Part shown: piece by piece, positions 49,695 through 55,584 of the stretch
Numbering within the stretch: the stretch's first letter is position 1
Layout of the letters: each line of letters starts with the position of its first letter
IMG/VR virus record: IMGVR_UViG_2648501187_000001
Source: an uncultured virus (IMG/VR IMGVR_UViG_2648501187_000001)
Lineage: Duplodnaviria > Heunggongvirae > Uroviricota > Caudoviricetes
Length of the DNA: 64,000 nt
Reading direction: 5' to 3' (one strand)
Notes under the pieces: model-generated
The model's database searches: none
What the model was told of the DNA's origin: nothing
What the model saw: only the letters and a program-made list of their open reading frames with translations
Program-made: the position numbers and the translations under genes

Positions 49695-49860
49695 GTGTTT
49701 CCGTTCGAAACATACGGTTTTCGGATTGTTCGTGTCAGATAGTTGCAGCACGTCCTGCAATAGTTCCATCCAGTAGCTTCGTGCTTCGCTTTTCTCGTTG
49801 CCACGGTTCTGCCAGTTCTGGGCGAAGATGGTGGCGCGGTTCCTGAGTCCGGAGATGGGT
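49695..49860 (-). pseudogene. 5' fragment of a second MmeI-family gene
   Basis: LRNRATIFAQNWQNRGNEKSEARSYWMELLQDVL...TVCFERK aligns with LKSRAARFAESWAGRGDEKSETQQYWRDLLDKVL...TLWFERR of 13968-16766. Confidence 0.8.
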
Positions 49861-49919
49861 GTTGTCCACTTGATTTTCCTTGCGGAGTCAAGCGACGGCC
49901 ATGAATCTTCTTGCTTCTG

Positions 49920-49959
49920 TTGACGTCCTCCCATGCCTGAAGGCATGGGAGGACGTCAA
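49920..49959. repeat. Perfect 19-bp inverted repeat of IS605 right-end type
   Basis: TTGACGTCCTCCCATGCCT-GA-AGGCATGGGAGGACGTCAA, ending TCAA on both strands. A related hairpin lies at 49673-49695. Confidence 0.85.
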
Positions 49960-50138
49960 TGGTGGAGGAGTTTTTCGAGTTGGATTTCGGCGATGGCGGC
50001 GTTCATGTATCCGCGCGTGTGGAAGTGTTTCGGGTTGAGGCAGCCGATTGTCCATGTGATGCGTCCGGTGGGATTGTCCACGTGGCGTCGTGCCTCCATC
50101 GGCTGCCCACAGTTGGGGCAGAACCAGTCGTTTTTCAA
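49956..50138 (-). CDS. Small zinc-ribbon protein
   Basis: FCPNCG...IGCLNPKH. GAAAGGA SD. Confidence 0.6.
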   Translation of the reverse strand: MKNDWFCPNCGQPMEARRHVDNPTGRITWTIGCLNPKHFHTRGYMNAAIAEIQLEKLLHH

Positions 50139-50261
50139 TGGTTGTCCTTTCTGTCAGAATCTGAGTGTGATGCTGCCTGGCATAGGGCTGCGGTGAAGAA
50201 GCCAAGGATGAAGCCCGTAAACAGGCAGATGATGGCAATTGGCATGGTCTTTCCTGTTTCG

Positions 50262-50504
50262 TCAGATGGTTTTTGCGATGAGGCTGATTGAGACGATCAG
50301 CACGGCCCAGAGGATCGCGATGCCGACCGTCCAACGGTTGAGGTTCCTCTCCGCGACCCCGGAGGTGCCCGCGTTGGCGGTCAGGCCGCCGCCGAACATG
50401 TCGGACAATCCCCCGCCCTTGCCCTTGTGCAGGAGGATCAGCAGGGACAGCAGGACGCTCAGGACGGCGACGATGGTTTTCAAGACGATGACGAGAACGG
50501 TCAT
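50262..50504 (-). CDS. secG: Preprotein translocase subunit SecG
   Basis: ILLHKGKGGGLSDMFGGG...SGVAERNLNRWT between two TM helices. Confidence 0.9.
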   Translation of the reverse strand: MTVLVIVLKTIVAVLSVLLSLLILLHKGKGGGLSDMFGGGLTANAGTSGVAERNLNRWTVGIAILWAVLIVSISLIAKTI

Positions 50505-51090
50505 GGGGTTCCTTCGTAATAGAAAATGGCGATGATGACGATCAGGGCCGTCAGATACGCGACGGCCCAACGGAGGTAGGTGCTGCGATGCTCCGGGTCG
50601 TCCGTCCATACGCTCATGAGGAGGAACGCGGACGAGGCGATGAGCATCCATAGCAGCATGGCAAGGATCACGGGATGTGTTACCGTCACCCGAACACCAT
50701 GAGCGTGAGTTCGCCGAACCCGAGATCCATGCCCGCGGCCAATATCATGGGCAGGATGACGAACACGAATGAGGCGATGCTCCAGGCCGGCCATTCGCGG
50801 GCGGCCGGAGTCGCGGTCTTGCGCAGTTCGTCCACGATCTGCCGGCAATATCGGCCTATCGGCTGAAACGGGTCTGATGCCAACGATTTCCTTTCCATGC
50901 TTCCTCCTATGCGTCCGGAAAACGGAAAAGCCCCTCCCGCGCGGGAGGGGCGGAACCGTTCCGGCATGAGGAACGGCGGATGGGCCATGCGAGCAAAGGA
51001 ATTCTTGTCCCGCGACCGGCTCATGCCACCGATCGCAAACTATCTCCCGTTCGGGAACCCGGCGTTTCGCATGTGGCCGCCGGGCCCATC

Positions 51091-51160
51091 GTGCTTCGAC
51101 GGGATTCGAACCCGCATCACCCCAAAAACGGGGCATCCTGACCGATTGAACGACGAAGCC
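51091..51160 (-). tRNA. tRNA-like gene, anticodon arm degenerate (undetermined)
   Basis: Acceptor, D and T (GGTTCGAATCC) arms are present. The anticodon loop is only about 6 nt (GTTTTT). Confidence 0.55.
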
Positions 51161-51171
51161 ATGTTGCGGAT

Positions 51172-51363
51172 ACGATGCTGGAGAGGCGGTTCCGTTCAGG
51201 CCACTGAGGTGCAGGCCTGCGCCTTGACCATCGTTCCACTCCGCCCCAATATGGCAGCGGGCGGGTGGCGGCGTTGACATCATATTCCGCAAGAATATGA
51301 GCGGAAGCGGGCGCTGCAACGGTTACGGGTCCCAGTTATGAAGAGAACCTACCGTGGCATCGT
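51172..51363 (-). ncRNA. Candidate structured ncRNA (about 190 nt)
   Basis: Closing stem ACGATGC/GCATCGT encloses three multi-stem arms. No credible ORF. Lies between tRNAs. Confidence 0.4.
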
Positions 51364-51420
51364 TCCCGTTCCGGCAGACGTTCGAACCGGATCGGGTGGC
51401 GTTGACGCCATTGCTTCCGC

Positions 51421-51497
51421 TGGTGCTTTCGCCGGGATTCGAACCCGGACTGGATGCGTCCTTGGCGCATTGCCTCTACCGGTTGGGCTACGAAAGC
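51421..51497 (-). tRNA. tRNA-Leu(AAG)-like, short variable loop, encoded CCA
   Basis: Cloverleaf. Stem ATGCG/CGCAT, loop CC-AAG-GA, A73. Confidence 0.7.
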
Positions 51498-51499
51498 AT

Positions 51500-51915
51500 G
51501 CGCGGATACCACCCTTGCGAGGTCGCAATATCCGCACAGTCCACAATCGATCCGGCCACTCGTGCCGGATCCCTGCACCCATGCCTGCGGTGGACGCGCG
51601 TACCACGGCATGAGGCATGACAGGGATCACGGGCTGTGACGCCCATGCTCCACCGAGACCGTTCCCACAGCCTGTGGGTCGGCTGACAAGAAACGCGGTC
51701 GCCCGCGTTCCAGGAAACCTTTCCCGCACTGGGCGGATAGGCTTTATCGGATTCGCACCAACCCTTCCGACAGAGAGCTGTTCGCATCATCCACTCATAG
51801 GATGATGGGCGCCGGCGATGGTCCGCGTGTCCGCCGAACAAACGGAGACGTGGACCATCGGACACGACCCGCATGGTCATGACTGCCCGCCGGGAACTCC
51901 CAACGGGCATGGAAT
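51500..51915 (-). ncRNA. Candidate large structured ncRNA (about 410 nt)
   Basis: At least 8 hairpins or long-range stems and a T-loop-like GGTGCGAATCC. No credible ORF. Flanked by tRNAs. Confidence 0.5.
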
Positions 51916-51922
51916 CGTATCG

Positions 51923-51994
51923 AGCGGTGTGCGGGAATCGAACCCGCATCATCAGTTTGGAAGACTGAAGCACTGACCGTTGTGCTAACACCGC
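51923..51994 (-). tRNA. tRNA-Gly(TCC)
   Basis: Cloverleaf. TCAGT-CTTCCAA-ACTGA. Confidence 0.92.
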
Positions 51995-52038
51995 AAACAG
52001 GAATCCGCAGACACCGTATCAGAAAGCGGATTCCCTAG

Positions 52039-52109
52039 CGGACGCCACGGGATTCGAACCCGGATCTCCACCCACAGGGGTGGCGTGCTGTCCATTACAC
52101 CAACGCCCC
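52039..52109 (-). tRNA. tRNA-His(GTG)-like, 6-nt anticodon loop (degenerate)
   Basis: CCACC-CCTGTG-GGTGG. T arm GGTTCGAATCC. Confidence 0.55.
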
Positions 52110-52239
52110 GCATGGTTGCGCGTCATGATCGTACGACCCATGCGTTTGCCTGACCGGGGATTTATCACGACGGAGGCCGGTCGGGACTCCAACGGTTCCG
52201 TTTTTACCGAGTGCGGGAACCGTCAAAATACGGCACTCG

Positions 52240-52313
52240 TGCATTGCGTTGGAATCGAACCGACGACCTCCCCGTTATGAGCAGGGTGCTCTAACCGACT
52301 GAGCTAGCAATGC
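52240..52313 (-). tRNA. tRNA-Met/Ile2(CAT)
   Basis: CCCTG-CTCATAA-CGGGG. Confidence 0.9.
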
Positions 52314-52317
52314 AAAG

Positions 52318-52390
52318 TGCCCAAGGCCGGAGTCGGACCGGCTACGCCCGGTTTAGGAAACCGGCGCTCTATCCGTTGAGCTACAAGGGC
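52318..52390 (-). tRNA. tRNA-Arg(CCT)
   Basis: CCGGT-TTCCTAA-ACCGG. Acceptor mismatches, T-loop TCCGACT. Confidence 0.8.
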
Positions 52391-52484
52391 GTTGCCTCGT
52401 GATGCACGAACCGTACGAGGCGCGACGGCGTGAGAGAGAAGAGAAGAGAGAATCCGTGCATTATGGTTGACGGAGTTTCGTGCG

Positions 52485-52557
52485 TGCCCTCAACGAGAAT
52501 CGGACTCGTGGCCTTCCGCTCCGGAGGCGGACGCTCTATCCACTGAGCTACAAGGGC
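52485..52557 (-). tRNA. tRNA-Arg(CCG)
   Basis: TCCGC-CTCCGGA-GCGGA. T-loop TCCGATT. Confidence 0.85.
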
Positions 52558-52662
52558 GTGGCGTCGTTTCGCGGCTTGGGTGACGCCTGACCCTGTATGT
52601 CCGGTACAACAAACATCGAATCGAGTGTAGAGGGAAAATCAATTCGACGTGCTGCCGCCAAG

Positions 52663-52733
52663 CTCCTCCTCCTGGATTCGAACCAGGACCAAAGGTTCCA
52701 AAGACCCGTGTGCTGCCGTTACACCAAGGAGGA
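52663..52733 (-). tRNA. tRNA-Gln(TTG)
   Basis: CGGGT-CTTTGGA-ACCTT. U1-A72. Confidence 0.85.
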
Positions 52734-52852
52734 ATGTGCGCGAACGCATCGGACACGTATGCCCGACCGCGTTCCGCCATGCCGATCCAACCCGTTTTTT
52801 GCTGACTGGATTCCAGGCCCTATCCCGTGGCCTATCACTGCAGATCGGCTAG

Positions 52853-52938
52853 CGGATGGTGCGAGAGTCGAACTCGCCGGGGGCTTCCGCCCCAACAGTC
52901 TTAGCAGGACTGCGCCTTTGCCGCACGGCCCACCATCC
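52853..52938 (-). tRNA. tRNA-Ser(GCT)
   Basis: CAGTC-CTGCTAA-GACTG, long variable arm, G73. Confidence 0.85.
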
Positions 52939-53019
52939 CATGCCGGTGTTTGCGATTCAGGGGCACACCGGCCAAACCTCGATAGGTCCCGCATGGGAAC
53001 GATTTTCATGCGGGGTTCG

Positions 53020-53104
53020 CGGAGTAGGGAGGATTCGAACCTCCGGGGGCTTGCGCCCCTGCTGCTTTCGGGACAGTCGCATTCGACCGCTCTGCCACCA
53101 CTCC
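53020..53104 (-). tRNA. tRNA-Ser(CGA)
   Basis: ACTGT-CCCGAAA-GCAGC (C33), long variable arm. Confidence 0.85.
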
Positions 53105-53154
53105 ACTGATCCACACGAAGGAACAAACTGGTTGACGTATTCGTGTGGATCTCG

Positions 53155-53229
53155 TGCTCCCGGTGGGATTCGAACCCACGACCGGACGGGTAGAAGCCGT
53201 CTGCTCTGATTCCACTGAGCTACAGGAGC
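53155..53229 (-). tRNA. tRNA-Arg(TCT)
   Basis: GACGG-CTTCTAC-CCGTC. Confidence 0.9.
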
Positions 53230-53479
53230 AAGGTGGATGGCCGGGTGGTTCAAGAAAAATCGACAACCCTTTCCAAAGGAGTAATTTCGCATTGGTTATC
53301 TGCTTTCAAACCGGCCATCCAAGATTATTTGGAGTCGTTTTTTCTTCCGCTGTCCGACTCCAAGGCAGCTGGAACATGCCGTACCTGTCAATAAAAGAAG
53401 AAAGAAACCAGGCACGTCAATCGGAAGAATACCCGTTGAAATCTTTTCAAAGCGAGTGCGAAAAGGTTTCAACGGATAG

Positions 53480-53553
53480 TGCCCCATGAGGGATTCGAAC
53501 CCGCAACCTCCTGATCCGTGGTCAGACGCTCTGTCCAATTGAGCTACAAGGGC
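53480..53553 (-). tRNA. tRNA-Arg(ACG)
   Basis: TCTGA-CCACGGA-TCAGG (C33). Confidence 0.85.
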
Positions 53554-53813
53554 GACCGCCGGATTCCTTCCAACCGTCCGGCACGGCTGCCACCGACCTG
53601 GAATCGGCGGCTGATGGAAGAAACGCGGGAAGGCGGATTGGATTTTACCGCCAACGTCGAGGACAAACGAGACCATGTCAGATCCCCTCTGGACGTGCCG
53701 CATGTTCGGTCGCAAACCGCCCTGCCGGGCCATGCGCGCCTTGGCGCCCCGTTTCCGATACGCCTGTTCGGCCATTCCCATAAAACAGTCCATTGATCGG
53801 ATGGATTGTTTCG

Positions 53814-53885
53814 TGCCTCCGTCCGGAATCGAACCGGCGTCCACAGTGCTTCAAACTGTTGCTCTACCAGCTAAGCTACAGAGGC
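53814..53885 (-). tRNA. tRNA-Phe(GAA)
   Basis: ACAGT-TTGAAGC-ACTGT. Confidence 0.88.
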
Positions 53886-54045
53886 GAGCACGGCAAGCCA
53901 TCTTTGGGAGCTCGGGCCATAAACCCTTCCCGGCTTGTCGTACTGGTGTGTTTCCTCCCTGTTTCGCGCCCGGCCGGGGGGAGCCTGCCGCAGCCTATTC
54001 GTTGATAGATCGGTGCGCTTATGCTTGGCGATTTACCAGGCATCG

Positions 54046-54117
54046 TGCCCCGACGGAATTACGATATCCGGACCCAGTGCTTAAAAGGCACCTGCTCTTC
54101 CTCTGAGCTACCGGGGC
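54046..54117 (-). tRNA. tRNA-Lys(TTT)
   Basis: GGTGC-CTTTTAA-GCACT. Atypical T-loop ATCGTAA. Confidence 0.8.
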
Positions 54118-54258
54118 GATGGCATGTTTCCTTATTCCTTGACGCTGCGTGCCCATGCCGGGGCTGTTCGTCCATGTTTTTCCGGAAGCGTCCACATGGA
54201 AAGGACGGCTGCGAGTCCCATTGTCGGATCAGATCCATTGTTTTGGTTTTCCGGATAG

Positions 54259-54330
54259 AGCGGATGACGGGGTTCGAACCCGCGGTCTCCTGCTTGGGAA
54301 GCAGGCGTGCTGCCGCTGCACCACATCCGC
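54259..54330 (-). tRNA. tRNA-Gly(CCC)
   Basis: CCTGC-TTCCCAA-GCAGG. Confidence 0.92.
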
Positions 54331-54487
54331 ACGGGCCGGCCCGCGGACGGGCCGGCCGGCCCCGCCGTCTCGCGCGCGGCCGGCGGGAGGCCGCTGTCTG
54401 CGTATCCCATCGCGGGGGCGCGCCGTCTTGACGTGACGTCGTTCCTCGGAATGTCTGCGCTTACACGCGGCGGCATGCCGCATGTCG

Positions 54488-54559
54488 TGGAGCCGGCGGG
54501 GTTCGAACCCGCGACCTTCCCGTTGCGGACGGGACGCCCTGCCACTGGGCGACGGCCCC
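54488..54559 (-). tRNA. tRNA-Ala(CGC)
   Basis: TCCCG-TCCGCAA-CGGGA (C33). G3:U70. Confidence 0.88.
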
Positions 54560-54563
54560 GAAG

Positions 54564-54636
54564 CGCCCCTGACCCGATTCGAACGGGCGACACCCGGATC
54601 CGGAATCCGGTGCTCTGTCCCCTGAGCTACAAGGGC
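54564..54636 (-). tRNA. tRNA-Arg(CCG), second copy
   Basis: CCGGA-TTCCGGA-TCCGG. Confidence 0.88.
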
Positions 54637-54829
54637 GTGCATCCGCCATGCGACGGCATGCGTCCCCGCACTGGGCGGGGGGGATTAGGGCGGGATCATG
54701 GCGCTGGCATGGTCGCGGACGGGAGAATAAAAGAAGAAAGAACCCGTCTCGCATGCCATCGTTCCCGCACGCGCGGAGAGAAGAGTCCGGCGTCGCGTGC
54801 GGGCGGCGTTCACGCCATGAACCGCTTCG

Positions 54830-54902
54830 AGCCCCGGGCCGGACACGATCCGGCGACCTTCCGCTTACGAGGCGGACGCTCTACCGGTTGAGCTACCGGG
54901 GC
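54830..54902 (-). tRNA. tRNA-Thr(CGT)
   Basis: TCCGC-CTCGTAA-GCGGA. Atypical T-loop ATCGTGT. Confidence 0.85.
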
Positions 54903-55024
54903 GGATGCCGGAAACCCCCGGCCGTCCGGTCCGAGGGGCGCGCCGTTTCCGCGGCGCGGGCCGGCGCGGGCCCGCCGTCCGGATCCCGCCGGGACCGGTC
55001 GCCCCGGCGGGATCCGCCGCTTCG

Positions 55025-55095
55025 CGCGCCATGGAGGGGTCGAACCTCCGTCTACGGTTTTGGAGACCGTCGGGCTGCCGCTGTCCCAATGGCGC
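55025..55095 (-). tRNA. tRNA-Trp(CCA)
   Basis: ACGGT-CTCCAAA-ACCGT. Confidence 0.88.
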
Positions 55096-55161
55096 GTTCA
55101 TGTTTTCCGCTCTTCGGTTTTCAAGTCTCGTCGCCGACCGTCCGTGCGGTGGCATGCGACG

Positions 55162-55170
55162 GTATGCGTC
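55162..55170 (-). promoter_or_regulatory. GACGCATAC promoter-like motif heading the tRNA array (one of about 19 copies in the window)
   Basis: Shares GGGGACGCATRCCGTCGCATG with the copy at 54656-54664 upstream of tRNA-Arg(CCG). Confidence 0.65.
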
Positions 55171-55201
55171 CCCGGTCGCGGGGATCCCCTATGCGGGCCG
55201 C

Positions 55202-55533
55202 GTATGCATTCCGGGGCGCGTGTATGCATCCGTATGCATCAGGGGATGCATACGTTTCCGTTCTCCGTTTCGGCTTGTTTCCAGCGTTCCGGGGATGGTC
55301 CGGAGGCGTGTATGCATTGTATGCATCAATCCCTTATAGAGGATTCGGGAAAAAGGAAGGAAACCCCATATATTGATGCATACAATGCATACAAGAGAAA
55401 GGAATTATATTTTTTCCTTTATTTATAAGGGTTTTCGGGCTTTTTCCGGGCTTTTTCTGTATGCATCCCCGGATGCATACAGATGCATACACGCATACAA
55501 AACGGGCCGGAAAACTTTACAATATTGTAAAGG
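55202..55533. repeat. Origin-like repeat, copy 2 (probable replication origin)
   Basis: Near-identical to 35630-35961. Inverted GTATGCAT iterons around an AT-rich tract. Immediately upstream of the helicase-primase gene. Confidence 0.85.
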
Positions 55534-55567
55534 CCGGGACCATGCCCGTCCGGCCCCGCCCCCGCGT

Positions 55568-55576
55568 GACGCATAC
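55568..55576 (+). promoter_or_regulatory. GACGCATAC promoter-like motif for the replicase gene
   Basis: 8 nt upstream of ATG 55585, no SD. Confidence 0.65.
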
Positions 55577-55584
55577 ATGCGCGC

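Noticed and set aside
1..50000. Integron-like cassette array (integrase plus many small co-oriented genes with a boundary motif)
   Set aside because: The integrase lacks evident IntI features and is convergent with the genes. The motif is not an attC-like palindrome, and its fixed spacing to ATG fits a promoter better.
51172..51915. tmRNA, SRP RNA or RNase P RNA
   Set aside because: Signature sequences (tmRNA T-arm plus CCA acceptor, SRP GGAA-loop helix, RNase P GAGGAAAGTCC) were not found.
50501..55155. Numerous 60-270 aa ORFs over the tRNA array
   Set aside because: They overlap tRNA genes and have no protein-like motifs. Only small membrane ORFs near 50501-50900 may be real.
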